DNA from: Heptranchias perlo
Lineage: Eukaryota
Assembly (NCBI RefSeq): GCF_035084215.1
Contig: NC_090337.1
Location: 41,540,001 to 41,604,000, forward strand
DNA: 64,000 nt
Direction of reading: 5' to 3'
The translations under genes and the position numbers were made by a program. Each line of letters begins with the position of its first letter. Within the stretch, counting starts at the first letter, position 1. Below are positions 1 to 63,399 of this stretch, one piece after another. The notes beneath the pieces are model-generated. The model did no database searches, had not been told where the DNA came from, and was given only the letters and a program-made list of their open reading frames with translations.

Positions 1-178
1 TGTGACACGGAGTGAGCTGCAGTTGACAATGTAAATCAGGTCTGCCAACTAGCTGTCGCACTATATAGATATCAGTCTGAGACTTGTATCTGAGATTGGT
101 AGCAGCAGCCTAAGAAATGCTGATTCTATCTATTTTACTCAGGTTTTCTATGTATTAAATTATATATTTTGGTTGTAG

Positions 179-49545
<49,367 letters not shown>

Positions 49546-49692
49546 ATATCTATTAAATAAGCTTAAATGAGAGCTACTGGCATGTTGATAATTTTTGGGA
49601 GAATTTTTTTTTAACGTTTTGATTAATGAAGATTTGGAAGGGATTTCTTGAAGAAAAAATCCTAAAATGAGGGCAACAATACAATGTGTTGC

Positions 49693-49698
49693 AATAAA
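49693..49698 (+). terminator. Candidate polyadenylation signal AATAAA (alternative ATTAAA at 49756-49761)
   Basis: First canonical hexamer about 150 bp after the stop codon, followed by T/GT-rich sequence. Confidence 0.55.
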
Positions 49699-49874
49699 GT
49701 TTTTAGGAATTTAATGAAACTCTGTTCAAAGTCTTTCCTTGTATTGCATTTTTGAATTAAAGAGCTCTTCATCACTTCTAGAACTGCATTAGAATTGTTT
49801 TTACATTGGTTTACATATTGCATGGTAATGCTGTTGTACCTTTGTCTTGCATAACACTTACAGTAGCTTATAGT

Positions 49875-50510
49875 GGCCCCAATATTTAGAGGGAGGCGAG
49901 GAGGGTGCATGGGAGGCTGAAAACAGCCAGGGAACACATCGAGGCTGGGGATGCGGAGGTCCTGCCGAATTTAACGGCAGGACCTCATTATCATTTTTTT
50001 CTTCCATTTCCTGCCCAGCAGCCGGCCAAACTGCCAGACTGGCCGGCTTCCAGACAGGAAAACCAACGGCAGGAGGTTGCAGCCAGGGATCCTTAGGGAC
50101 GGTTCCTGGCAATTGGGAGGGGGGAAGGCCAGAGATCAGCGTTTGTGGGGGAGGGCGGTGGTCGGCCACGATCACAGCATGGAGGGAGCGAGAGGCCTTC
50201 AGGGCTTGGGGGGGGATTTCAGCAATCGTGGCAGTGGGAAGAGAGAGGCTGCGATTGGCAGTGGGGAGGTCTAAGGATTCCTTGAGGGCCGGGGGGGAGC
50301 ACTCCCACTAGAGAAGGCAATTACCTTCTTGAGCTGGAAGCTCCTGCTTCTCTTTCACTGCCGTGTTTTCCGCGCCTTGGGACGCCACGCTACCTGCTGC
50401 CGCAAAAATGGCGGCAGGCGCGAACTCAGCGGGTTGGGGTTGCATTTTTCATTTTTAAACCCCTCCCCCCCACCACCCCATCGTGGGGTGGGGGGGTTAT
50501 TATCGAGGCC
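49875..50510. mobile_element. GC-rich non-autonomous TIR element (Harbinger-type ends)
   Basis: GGCCCCAATATTT ... TTATTATCGAGGCC; no clear TSD. Confidence 0.6.
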
Positions 50511-50689
50511 CATGTATCTGTCAGCATGATTCAGTAGTGTTACATGCATAAAGATCATGGTGTATTGTTGGTGGTGCATGTGGGAGGGAGGGAGGGTAGC
50601 TGGTCAGAGGTGTTCAAGGGCAATTCCGCCTTCTCTTGGGAAGGATTAATGCTTTAAATCTACCGGAACAAATAGTACAGTATCACATG

Positions 50690-51597
50690 CATTTCTGAAA
50701 GGGTACTGGCAGATAGCCATGGTTATACTGAAAGCTATGTCAGAAGTTATTTACATAAATGACTCGGACTTAGGCACAAGAGGAAGTTTGCTGATCATAC
50801 CAAATTAAAGGAGATATTATGAACGCAGAAATTCAATTCAATACAAAAAAATGTTAAGTAGTACATTTATGGAAACATAACAATGAAGCTAAGTACACCC
50901 TAAATGGTATGATTCTTAACATAGTGGAAGAGCACAGACCTCTGAGGGTGCAGATACATAGATCTTTAAAGATGGGACAGAAGGTACAAAAGGACATTGG
51001 AATAAGCAAATGGGATTCTGCATTTTATTAGTAAGAGCATTGAATATAAAAACAAGGAGGTGATGGTGAAATTGTACAAGAGATTGGTTAGGCCACAGTT
51101 TGCTTGCAGTACTGGGCATCCCATTATAGGAAGGACAGGGAAGGTATATAGTAAATATTTGTTCGAATGATAGCAAGAATGAGCGGTTAAAGTTGTAAAG
51201 AAAGGTTTGAAAAATTTGAGTTATTTTCAATGGAGCAGATTTAATAGAGATTTTCAGAAATAGGAACAATTTTGACAGGGTAAATAGTGAAAGACTGATT
51301 GGTGAATTGGTAACAAGGGCACACAGAATAAGGATTATCACCAGCGGAATGAAGAGAGTAGTTCAAAGATGGTTTTTCCTACAAAGGGCTATTATAACAT
51401 GGAAAACTTTATCACAAATAGATATTAAGGCAAAGACTACAACATCATTTCAAAGGGATTTGGATAAATATTTGAAAAAGGAGAATATAAAAGGATACAG
51501 CAAAGGGCGTGGAAATAGGATTATATAGCAGTTAGCCCTACCACAGGCTGATGGGATGAATAGGCCTCTTTCTATGCTGTAATTTCTGTGATTTCTC
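50690..51597 (+). mobile_element. Old CR1 RT/3' fragment
   Basis: Remnants YINDSD, FADHTKL and TRAHRIR; CR1 tail. Confidence 0.7.
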
Positions 51598-51611
51598 ATG
51601 TAATTTCTCAT

Positions 51612-52524
51612 CTTTGTTACCTCTAGACTTGACTATTTCAATGCTGTCCTGGCGGCCTCCCATCTCCATAAACTTGAACTCATTCAAAACCCTGTTTCCC
51701 GTATCTTAACATGCACCAAGTCCCGTTCACCCTTCACCCCTGTCCTCCCGGACCTACATTGGCTCCGGTCCTGCAATGCCTCGATTTTAAAATTCTCATC
51801 CTTGTTTTCAAATCCCTCCATGGCGTCGCCCCTCCCTATCTCTGTGACTTTCTCCAGTCTCTTGCGCATCCCCGATTTTAATCACACCACTATTGGCGGC
51901 CGTGCCTTCAGCTGCCTAAGCTCTGGAATACCCTCCCATAACTTCTCCACCTCTCTACCTTTCTCTCCTCCTTTAAGACGCTCCTTAAAACCTACATCTT
52001 TGACCAAGCTTTTGCTCACCTGTCCTGCTATCTCCTTATGTGGCTCGGTGTCAAATTTTGTTTGATAACGCTTCTGTGAAGCGCCTTGGTTATAAGTTAT
52101 ATATAAGTTTATAAGATATTAAGGGGAACGGATAGGGTGGATAGAGAGAAACTATTTCCGCTGGTTGGGGATTCTAGGAGTAGGGGACACAGTCTAAAAA
52201 TTAGAGCCAGACCTTTCAGGAGCGAGATTAGAAAACATTTCTATACACAAAGGGTGGTAGAGGTTTGGAACTCTCTTCCGCAAACGGCAATTGATACCAG
52301 CTCAATTGCTAAATTTAAATGTGAGATAGATAGCTTTTTGGCAACCAAAGGTATTAGGGGATATGGGCCAAAGGCAGGTATATGGAGCTCGATCACAGAT
52401 CAGCCATGATCCTATCGAATGGCGGAGCAGGCACGAGGGGCTGAATGGCCTACTCCTGTTCCTATGTTCCTATGGGATGTTCTACTACATTAAAGGTGCT
52501 ATATAAATGCAAGTTGTTGTTGTT
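51612..52524 (+). mobile_element. L2 3' fragment interrupted by a young CR1 3' fragment (about 52105-52473)
   Basis: SRLDYFNAVL and LHWL; tail gcgccttgg / ggatgtt..aaaggtgctatataaatgcaagttgttgttg split by the CR1. Confidence 0.8.
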
Positions 52525-53246
52525 GATCCTATGTGTGTAGGCAGGGAGCTGTTGTTACACATACAGTTCGCACCACTCTGCGCATGTGCTGCCAAACACA
52601 CACACAGATGTGTTCTCTCCTAATATTAAAAAGTTTCCATTCTACTTTTGTAAAATGTCCATTGGATTGGCTGGGTAATTTTAAAATGTGGCTTTGGCGC
52701 TGGCTGGTGTTATTCTACACATGAGGCAAAACCTGAGTAATAAGAGATTATCTCTTGGAGGTGGTGTCACACCTCTGGACTTCAGTATACTCAAGAGTCA
52801 ATTCAGGACCTGACTTCTGAGTTATATTACCATTCTCATATTGATGTGGACTGAAAATCACTGCACATCAACACAGAAATGGTAAAGCCGCCTCTGTCAC
52901 TTTTTGTTACCACATTTTATGCTTTAAAACTGCTAATAAAAGACATTTTGAGAGCAGACACTGTATAAGTTATGACATGATGGAGTTCAGCTGTAGCAAC
53001 TCAATGAACAGGAATGGCATCTGTAGACATCAAACCTGGAGCTTTCCATTCACTAAGCCACTAGGGAATATGGGCATAAGCACACCACTAAACCAGTCGG
53101 CAATCTGACACATAGTTCTTATAGGCTTATAGTTATGACCCCATACCAGCTAAAGTTAAATCATACACTTACAATTTGTAAATTCTGTCATTGGAACCAC
53201 CTATAGGGGGCATTTCCTCTGTTTGGTATTCATAGCAAAGTCATGG

Positions 53247-54813
53247 AAAGTCAATTTTAACCCCAAGAACGGGTGGGTTGGGGGCAAGTGGGAGGTTAAA
53301 ATAACAGCTTTTTGGAGCGGGACTGCATCCCGACTCCAACGTGCCCTCTTCTGGGGTTAACCTAGGATCTGCGTGCACAACGGAAACTCGGAAGTTCCGC
53401 CCCCACTCAAAGCCCGTGGGCCGATATTTAAAGGGCCAATTCAGGTAGTTGAAACACTTTAGTTACATAACTTTTTGTGGATTCTGCAACAGAAAGTGAT
53501 TTAACTGCTCCTGAACATGTCTCCCAAGGCTTCTGCAACATGCCATTGAAAAGGAGGCGAGTTGCAGCGGAAGCTCATTTGGCTCTTTAAGCCAGTGTTT
53601 GACACATCTCAATAAAAGATGACGTAGTGCAGCTGGGCACTCAGTTCTCTCAGACAAATGTTTGGCAGGGAGTTCTTTGTGTTTAGACTGAGATTTCTTT
53701 GTTGAGACTGAGAATTTTTGTGTTCAAACAAATTTACCTACATTTTGGCGCTCCTCAAACTGACAAGATCAGGATGGGGGGCGCAATGGATCTATTCCAG
53801 ATGGGGAATCCATCGCCAGAGCAGCAGCGCACACTGCTGCCCGTGATGGCAGGGATTCCTCCATCTCTAACAGGTTTTCATAATGAGATGTACAAGTTGA
53901 AGATTTTGAAATACTCTGACTGCCTGGAAAAACCACCACCACCAACCCCCACCCCCCTTCATTTGCACAAGACAGTATTCAACCATGCATTCACCCAATG
54001 CACACATCCCCAATGGGTGGCACCATGTCTTGACATTCAAGATGAAGCACATGAAAGGGCGAGTTCACAAAAGGGACTCAATAATGACTAAGATGTGGCA
54101 GTGGTGGTGATAATGATTAAATTTAAAGTGCCATAACAAAAAAATATATAAATTAACAACACGACATCTCGTCAAACATCCTTCTGCATACTCTTTGTGA
54201 ATTACAGTTGCATAGCCTTTCTCTTTCTACTGCTTCTACATGGTGCATCCCCTGTGGCTTCAGCAGATGTATTGGCAGGTTGCTCAAATCCTGGCCCTGA
54301 CTGCTGGGTCTTGGAGCCCATGAGGGTCCTTCCAAAGATTGCTCCATCTCCACCTGTGCAGGGGCAGACTTGGCCATCGGAAGAGGAGGCAGCATTACAG
54401 GTACTGGTTGAGGAGGGAGCAACGGGTGAGAGGTAAGAGCGCTTTGAATCAAGTCCCCACTTCCATATCCCCTTTCCCCATCATCTCTCTCCCGGGCCAG
54501 CGCAACATCACTCCCACCAGGCTGGTGAGCAGATGTGCCGTGTTGTAAGGCCATGGCTAAAGTGTCTGTCTGCCTGTTTAAGACGGAAGACATGTTGGCA
54601 TCCAGAGTCTACGTGGCCATTGACCTGGCCTGAATGGGTTCATTTAAGACGCATGCTTGAAGCTCAATGGAGGCTACCATTCTCTTGATCGCAGACAATC
54701 TCGCACTTACCTGTGCCACCAGTCCGCTAGCGATTGCAGATTTAAATGCGCACACTTGACTTCCGGGTTCCACCCACCCGCTGATTTCCCGGCTCCAAGT
54801 TAAAATCCAGGTC
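53247..54813. mobile_element. Harbinger deletion derivative related to 37225-42597
   Basis: Ends ..GTCAATTTTAAC / GTTAAAATCCAGGTC; 53990-54725 is collinear with the intergenic region and Myb 3' end of the outer element. Confidence 0.75.
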
Positions 54814-55348
54814 ATAGAATCACAGAATCATACAGCACAGAAGGAGGCCATGCAGCCCATCATGCCTGTGCCGGCTCTTTGATAAAGCTATCTCCTGCTT
54901 TTTCCCCGTAGCCTTGCAAATTTTTCCTTTTTAAGTATATATCCACTTCCCTTTAGAAAGTTACTATTGAATCTGCTTCCACCACCCTTGCAGGCAGTGT
55001 ATTCCAGATCATAACAACTCGCTGAGTAAAAATATTTCTCCTCATCTGCCCCTTGACTTTTTTGTCAATTATCTTAAACCTGTGTCCTATCGTTACCGAC
55101 ACTCCTGCTAGTGGAAATATTTCTCACTATCTAATCTATCAAAACCCCTCCTAATTTTGAACACCTCTATTGAACCTCCCCTTAACCTTCTTTGCTCTAA
55201 GGAGAACAATCCCAACTTCTCTAGTCTCTCCAAATAACTGAAGTCCCACATCCCTGGTACCATTCTGCTAAAACTCCACTGCAACCTCTCCAAGGTCTTG
55301 ACATCCTTTCCAAAATGTGGTGCCTAGAATTGGACACAATACTCTAGC
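54814..55348 (-). mobile_element. CR1 3' fragment
   Basis: LERLEKLGLFSLEQRRLRG; CR1 tail. Confidence 0.85.
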
Positions 55349-55854
55349 TCATAAATGCATTCTTTGTACTTCTCCTTATGTCTCCAGCAATATTACAAGG
55401 ATGTCAGGCTGCCAACTATTAATCTGGTTTCTAAAGCTTGTGGTCCTTTAAGTCAGAAACTTAGTTTTTTAAAGGACTGATCGAATCATTAAGTGATGAA
55501 GCTGTAATCACAAGAACCCTGCAACCAGTGAATAAAATAAATAAAACTGTACTTCCACACTGTGGCTGCCTGATGACTTGAACTCCCTCTACAACATTAA
55601 ATTGTTTGCAGACTGTCTCTGAGTCTATTACAAATGTATTGAAATTGATATATCCATTTAGATAAACAGAAAATCAGTAATGATCAACCAAAAAAAACTG
55701 CTGTGTATTTGCAGCTGATGCCGTACTTTGTTGCCAACAGAACACTAGTGTGAAATTTTCCATTTTCCACACAGGCTATCCTTGAACCTTTCTGAGTGAG
55801 ATTACCAATTTGTGGGGAATATATGCTGCAACTTTATGTCCATTAGAAACTATA

Positions 55855-57810
55855 TAGAATTACAATAGAAACTTCAGCACGGAAACGGCCCAACAGGTCT
55901 ATGCCACTCTTTATACATGAGCCTCCATCCACTCTAAATACCTCTTCCCAACCTGCCCCCATATCCCTCTATTCCCTTCTCACTCGTGTATGCATCAAGC
56001 CTCTCCTTAAATATGTCAATGTATGCATCAAGCCTCCCCTTAAATATGTCAATCCTATCGGCTTTAACCACTCCATGTGACAGGACGTTCCACATTCTCA
56101 CCACTCTCTGTAAAGAAATCCCTTCTAAATTCTTTATTTGATCTATTAATGGATATGTTATCTTTATGGCCCCCTTGTTTTGGACTCACCCACGAGTGGA
56201 AACAGTTTTTTCCACATCTACCCTATGAAACCTCTTCTGAATCGTAAAGACCTCTATCAGGTTTCTTCTTAATCTTTTCTTCTCCAGAGTAAAGAGCCCC
56301 AGCCTGCTATCTTTCCAAAGAGTTGCATTCTTTTAATTTTGGTAACATCCTTGTAAATCTTTCCTGCATTTTCTTCAAAATCCTTCAATTGTGATTTCAA
56401 TGCCCTGACTGATATTTATCCCTCAACCAACACACAAAAACAGGTTATCTGGCCATTATCACATTGCTGTTTGTGGGAGCTAGCTGTGTGCAAATTGGCT
56501 GCCAAGTTTCCAACATTACAACAGTGACTACACTTCAGAAGTACTTCATTGGCTGTAAAGCACTTTGGGACATCCTGAGGTTGTGAAACGCGCTATATAA
56601 ATGAAAGTTCTTTCTTTCCTTTCAATGGTAAGGAAAATCAGGCAGAGTGTATAATGGGCGGCTGATCCTCTACTGCCTATTTTAGGCTCCCATCAAAGTT
56701 GAAAGTTCCGTCTAACATTACCTCCCTACTTTTGTACTCTATCCCTCCAGAAATGAACCCCAGGACTTTGTTTGCACTAAATATGGCTTTCTCAATTGGC
56801 ATTGCTACGTTTAGTGATTTATTTATCGGTATTCCCAGATTTCTTTCCTCCTCTAACAAATTCAGTTGTTTTATTTCCCAAGGAATAAGTGGCCTCCTTA
56901 TTCCTCTTACCTAAATGAACCACTTCACACTTTGTTATATTGAATTTCAATTGCCATTTATCCACCCACTCCACAAGCCTGTTTATGTCTTCTTCTATTT
57001 TGGTGCAGTCTTCCACATTATTAGCGAAACCACCCGTCTCCAATTTAGTATCATCTGCAAATTTTGACACTGTACTTCCAATTCCTGTGTCCAAATCAGT
57101 TATGTATATGCGGGAGCTCGCTTCCCACTTTCTGTCATTTTGAGAAACTTTCCTTAACACCTACCCTCTGTTTTCTGTTTTGTAGCCATCTTTGAATTCA
57201 TTTGCTATCTGACCTTAGTCATGAATCTCTTATCGAAGGCATTCTGAAAGTCCATGTGTACCATATCCATTGCACTGCCATTGTCTATTCTTTGTTACTT
57301 CTTCAAAGAATTCAATATGGTTGGTTAAATAAGGCCTTCCTTTTAGAAATCCATGCTGACTATGTTTTATTATTTTCTCTGTCTCTAGATGTTTTGTTAT
57401 CTCATCGTTTAAGCAAAGATTCTGGTATCTTTCCTACCACTAATGTTAAGCTAACTGGTTTATAATTCCCTGGATTAGTTCTATTTCCCTTTTTGAAGGT
57501 ACAAATTACATGTACCGTCTGCAAGTGCTCTGGCACTATTCCTTTTTCTATTGAACTTTATATATGGATACTAGTGTCTCTGCTACCTCCTGCCTTGTTT
57601 CTTTGAGTATCTACTGGTGGAATCCATCTGGACCCAGAGTTTTGTCCTCCTTAAGTTTGCCTAGTTTGACTAGCATTTCCTTTCTTTCTATCTTAACTGT
57701 TTGTAATTTCCTTTTCATTAGCCTCTTCAGTGAAAACTGAGGCAAGTATTTATTCAGTATTCCTGCTATTTTAGTAGAATTTCCTGTGAGTTTATCCTAC
57801 TCATCCATTC
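55855..57810 (-). mobile_element. Old CR1 ORF2 fragment with an inserted Deu-domain SINE 3' half (+, 56405-56622)
   Basis: [28 protein letters not shown] remnants. Confidence 0.8.
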
Positions 57811-57819
57811 ATGGCCATA

Positions 57820-58987
57820 AGTGCCTTCGATAAGGTACCCCATAGTAGACTCATGACTAAGGTCAGAGCGTGTGAAGTCAGGGGAGAAGTAACAGAATGG
57901 ATAGCAAATTGGCTACAGAACAGAAAACAGAGAGTAAGTGTTAAGGGCAGCTACTCAACCTGGCAAAAGGTGGGAAGTGGTGTTCCACAGGGATCGGTGC
58001 TGGACCTCTGTTGTTCACAATTTACATAAACAATTTGGACTTGGGAATCGGAAGTACAATTTCAAAATTTGCGGACGGCACCAAATTTGGGGTGTAATAA
58101 ATACTGAGGAAGACAGCGACAAAATACAAAAAGACATTAATAAACTTGCAGAATGGGTGTGTAATTGACAAATTAATTTCAATATAGATAAGTGTGAAGT
58201 GTTACATTTTGATAGGAAGAATAAGAAGGCCACATACTGCTTGGATAATAAGAATCTAAATAGAGGAGCAAAGGGATCTAGGAGTATAGATACATAAATC
58301 ACTAAAAGTAGTGACACAGGTTAATAAGGCCATTCAAAAAGCAAACCAAGCACTGGGGTTCATTTCCAGAGGCATAGAATTTAAAAGCAGAGAAGTTATG
58401 TTAAATTTGCGTCGAACCTTGGCTAGACCATGCTTGGACTACTGTTCACAGTTCTGGTCTCCATATTATAAAAAGGACATAGAGGCACTGGAGAGGGTGC
58501 ATAAAAGATTTACTAGGACGATACCAGAACTAAAACGATATACTTATCGGAGAAGGTTGAACAGACTGGGGTACTTTTCTCCAGAAAATAGAAGGCTGAT
58601 GGGTGACCTGATAGAAGTCTTTAAGATTATGAAAGTGTTTGATAGGGTAGACATAGAGAAGATGTTTACATTTGTGGGGGAGACCAAAACTAGGGCCATA
58701 AATATAAGACAGTCACCAATAAATCCAATAGGGAATTCAGGAGAAACTTCTTTATCCAAAGAATGGTAAGAATGAGGAACTTGCTACCACAAGAAGAAGT
58801 TGAGGCGAATAGCATAGAAGCATTTAAGGAGAAGCTAGATAAGCACACAAGGGAGAAAGATATACTGATAGGGTTAGATGAAGAGGGGTGGGAGGAGGCT
58901 AGTGTGGAGCAAAAGCACCGGCATGGACCAGTTGGGCTGAATGGCCTGTTTCTGTGCTGTAGACTCTATATAATTCTGTGTAATTCT
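57820..58987 (+). mobile_element. CR1 RT/3' fragment
   Basis: AFDKVPH, GVPQGSVL, LDYCSQFWSPYYKKDIEALERV; tail. Confidence 0.88.
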
Positions 58988-58989
58988 AA

Positions 58990-61540
58990 ACCCATCTTAA
59001 TTCTTCCTCATGCTCCTTATGGGGGTATACTTCACTATTTTTTTTCTATTCTTTGATATTTTCATTTCCTATTTGCCTTCCTAATTATCTTTTTTACCCC
59101 TTTCCTAAGCTCTTCCCTTTTGTCATCCTCTCCTTCATTGTTTGTGTACTTTGCGAATACTTTTTGTTAGATCCAATTTCACATTCACCTCTTTATTTAT
59201 GCATGGCATCTGATTCTTGGCTAGTTTGTTCTTGTTTTTAGTGGAACATATTTCTTCTGAACTTTAATGATCTCTCCTTTAAATATTGCCAATTGTTGTT
59301 CTACCTCTTTGTCGGTCAATATTTTTCTCCAGTTTACCTCCCTTAGCTCCATCTTTATTCCCTCATAGTTGTTTTTTCCCAAACTATTACTTTGGTCTTT
59401 GTAATATCTATATCTCTCTCAATCATTATCTTAAACCTTATTATATTGTGATCATTCTCTCTAGATATTCTCCCACACTTACTTCTCTTATCTGCTCTGG
59501 CTTACTTCCCATTATTAGGTCTCATAGTGCTTCCCCCCTTGTTGGGCTTCTTACAGTTTGGGCTAGAAAGTGGTCTTACGTGCATTGTAAAATCTCCAAC
59601 ACCATCTCCCCTTTCGCTCCCTCTCCTTGCTAGTTTATTTGGGAGTAGTTGAAACCCTCTGTGATTATGATTTTGTATTTTTTACTAATTTCACAAATAT
59701 GCCTATATTTTCTCCCTCCATCTACTTTCCACTATTTGGTGGTCTCTAGTACACACCTATTAATGTGACAAATCCCTTCCTATCTTTTAATTCAGTCCAT
59801 ATGGATTCTGTTTCTATCTGTTTGATAGTTATGTCCTTTATTACCACTGCCATTGACCCAGACTTTGCTGTGGCAGGGCATCGAACAGCGTCTGCCATTA
59901 GTTAGACTTGCTCTTGCACATTCAGGTTTTTAAATTTTTTGCATGGCAAGTTGCTGAAAGTGCGAGCTGATAATGGCGCAGTGAGGGAAACAGGGCATCT
60001 GGGACCTGAGTGAACAGGGCAAACAACTCTCCTTAACCAATCAGATTGAAGGATTGTGAAATTAACAGCACAAGGACTGAGAAGGAAGTGTAGCATCGAG
60101 TGGGGGAATTCAATGTCAAATCAGGTACAGAAAGGGAAAGAAAGAAAGGGAAAGAAAGATTGGATAAAGAGAGAGAAAAAAGAGACAGAAAGGAAAGGTA
60201 AGAACAAAAATGTAAAATTTACTATTTTACATTTTTTGAATCTAAAACAATTAAAACATGAAGAAATGAGAATCCACACTTGTAATCGTTAATTTTCAGT
60301 ACCAGAGAGGTTGATTGGCAGTAACTAACACTTAGCACCTTGTTAAAAGTGTACTTAGATAGAAATGGACAAGACTTAACTTTCTGTGGTGAGTTTAGTT
60401 TGTATCTATCGCGCAAATACAGCAACTCCACGCCGTTCGATGCATTTCAATGGTGAGGCAGACAGTGAGATGCCGTTTTTGCTAAACTAATGGCGGAGCG
60501 GCCCAGCTCGGACAGAAACTTTTGGATGTTTGAGTTTATTCGTGCATCTGCCCCTCGCCTCAAGTTGCTGTACCATTTGCACATAAATAACGGCGACGCA
60601 ATTAGCCTCACCGTTATTTTGATAGCAAAATCTGGGCCATTGTGTTATTGCTGATTAACACAGCTACCCCACCACCCCTTCTTTCATCCCTATCTTTTCT
60701 AAATACATTATAGTCTGCAATATTATACTACCAATCCTGTCATTATCCCTATTACATCTGTTCCCTCATGGCCTCCAATTTCTTTTGTTTTGCTGCTGAT
60801 GTAGGGGAGCGGGCAGGAAATTGGACATGAATTTAGATTTGAGGTTAGGATCAGATCAGCCATGATCTTATTGAATGGCGGAGCAGGCTCGAAGGGCCGA
60901 TTGGCCTACTCCTGCTCCTATTTCTTATGTTCTTATGCTTTGCACATTGCTAGATAGGCAATTTAATATGCCCTTATTTTTCAGTACTCCTGCTTTATTT
61001 TTAACAGATATTATATTATTACTTCCTATAACCATTTCTGTTCTGAGTATGTATGTTATTTATCTCTTTTTGTACACTGACCTTTGTTCTCATCGCTTCT
61101 TTTTCTTACTATTGTTTCCACCTGAACCCTTTCCCCCCTTTACTAGTTTAATTTAGATCCTAGCTTCTAATACTCCTTTAGCATGACCTCCTCTTTATTC
61201 TTTCCTATGTTGTTGTTTCCGACATGGACAACAACTGGTTCTTCCCCCTGCCTTTCCAAGTTCCTTTCCAGCTGCTTCAACCTATCTCTTACCCTGGCAC
61301 CAGATAAGCAACACACCCTCCTGGACTCATCACAGTGCCATCCCACCCGCAGCCTTCTTCCATATCTCCACAGGTACCAAGTACATCACACCTGTTGGAC
61401 GGGACCAGTTTCTGCAGTTCCCCCTTCTCTGCCTCTGCTAGGTTCTCCCTACCCTGCTGTCAGTCATGCACTCTTCTTCCTGTACCTGTATCTCTCTTTG
61501 TGGTGTCACTGTGTTCTGGAGTAAAGCATCCGGATAAGTA
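58990..61540 (-). mobile_element. Old CR1 (ORF1 esterase and endonuclease remnants), interrupted by a TIR element and a CR1 tail (60802-60937)
   Basis: Minus-strand remnants CCLSGARVRD, PVVVHVGNNNIG, GVY*RPPN. Confidence 0.7.
59855..60638. mobile_element. Non-autonomous TIR element, intact copy
   Basis: GACCCAGACTTTGCT ... AGCAAAATCTGGGCC; TSD ATT; the host CR1 resumes on both sides. Confidence 0.82.
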
Positions 61541-61667
61541 GGTTAAGACTGCTCTGCACTCATTTTCTAAAGGGTTCTTATTGTCGGCAGAGGGCAAAAA
61601 AACAGTCTAGACTTGATTACAATCTAGATTCCAGAGGTAAAAGCGCACCATGATAACTCACTGTAAC

Positions 61668-62318
61668 ACCCATATCCTCTCCATCACCAAGACTGCCTAC
61701 TTCCACATCCGTAACATCGCCTCAGCTCATCTGCTGCTGAAACACTCATCTATGCCTTTGTTACCTCCAGACTTGACTATTCCAATGTCCTCCTGGCCGG
61801 CCTCCCACCTTGCACCCTCCATAAACTTGAGCTCTTCCAAAACTCTGCTGCCCTTATCCTCACTCACACCAAGTTCCCTTCACCCATCACCCTTGTGCTC
61901 AATGACCTACATTGGCTCCTGGTCTGGCAACGCCTTGATTTTAAAATTCTCTTCCTTGTTTTCAAATCCCTCCATGGCCTCACCCCTGCCTATCTCTGTA
62001 AACTCCTATATCCCTCTTCGCTCCTCCAATTCTGGCCTCTTGCGCATCCCCGATTTTTATCGCTCCACCATTGGCTACAGTGTCTTCAGCTGCCTAGGCC
62101 CTAAGCTCTGAAATTCCCTCCCTGAACCTCTCCACCTCTCTACCTTTCTCTTCTCCTTTAAGACACTCCTTAAAAACTACCTCTTTGATCAAGCTTTTGG
62201 TCATTTGACCTAATGGCTCCTCATGAGGCTCGATGTCAAATTTTGTTTGATAGCCCTCCTGTGGAGCACCTTGGGACATTTTACTATGTTAAAGGTGCTA
62301 TATAAATGCAAGTTGTTG
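61668..62318 (+). mobile_element. L2 LINE 3' fragment
   Basis: ITKTAYFHIRNIA, SRLDYSNVLL, DLHWL; tail aaaggtgctatataaatgcaagttgttg. Confidence 0.85.
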
Positions 62319-63399
62319 TCTTGATTTCAAATTGAAATACCTATCTAATGTTTGATATAAAGTATATAATTAATAACCCTGGAATACAATCTGCAAACCT
62401 TTTGTTGCGCTGACCATAACTTACTCACAACTTTGTCGCCATTGAGTTATTATGTCAACCTACACTTATAGTATAGACAGTATCCCATAACTCTTTATCA
62501 TGTATCCCCTATCTCTTATTAGGATGTGTGTTCAGAGTTACTGAAACATTTGAAATAGGAGGGATCACCTTGCAATGCTTCAATAATGAAAGGTATTTCC
62601 ACACTTCTCATTCTCTTGTCTCATTCAGCTATGCCCAGTTACAGCCTCTCCTAGAGCATGTATAGCAGCATGAAGAATAAGTATCCATTAATTGCTTATA
62701 GATTCTCAGTGTGGAATCAATTCAATTGCAAACCATCATTCAAAACAATCAGTATGGCGGACTGCTCTATATTCAAAGAAGAGACAAAGTGGTGTGGTTC
62801 CTTTTATCATGTTAACATTAAAAATAAAATATGTGAACTCTGCAGATCACATCATCAAGTTCTGGTTGATAAGGACATGGACAGAGCACAGTTGGGGATG
62901 ATCAAGAGGAACACCACAGCAAAACCAAAGACAGAACTGGTGGGAATTTTGACAATGCCACTATCCCACCAGACCCACCTCTTTCCTTGACATTATCAAC
63001 AACCACAGTATTGTGGACTATCTGTAGTGGAAGGAAAGAAATTATCAATGAGAACAGTAATGGGAGATCTGGCCATAGGCAGCTTGATTTGCAGGGAATC
63101 CCAAATGGTTTTGTACCTCCCAAGTATTAGGGTAAAGGACCTAATGGAGCACATGCAAAAATGCTGAGAAAGAGAAGGAAGTCAGCCTGATGTCATTGTT
63201 CATGGAGAGAGATTGAGGAGCTAGATTCTAGATGAAAGTGTAAGACCTTGAGTAATTTTAGGATTACTCTTGGTGCCAGGTGCTGGACCAGTTGGGGAGA
63301 AACAGATTAAATACTGCAATGTGTGGTTAGAGAGATGAGACCCTGAAAATCTACAATCTCGCTCCGTCATTGTAACCACGTTGCGGCAAGACTTCTACC

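Noticed and set aside
55988-56053. 33-bp tandem duplication (also a roughly 22-bp duplication at 3967-4010)
   Set aside because: Ordinary local slippage; the first lies in a decayed CR1 tail
62658-62990. 110-aa ORF in apparently unique sequence
   Set aside because: No recognisable domain, no convincing splice-site pair; cannot be supported without a database search
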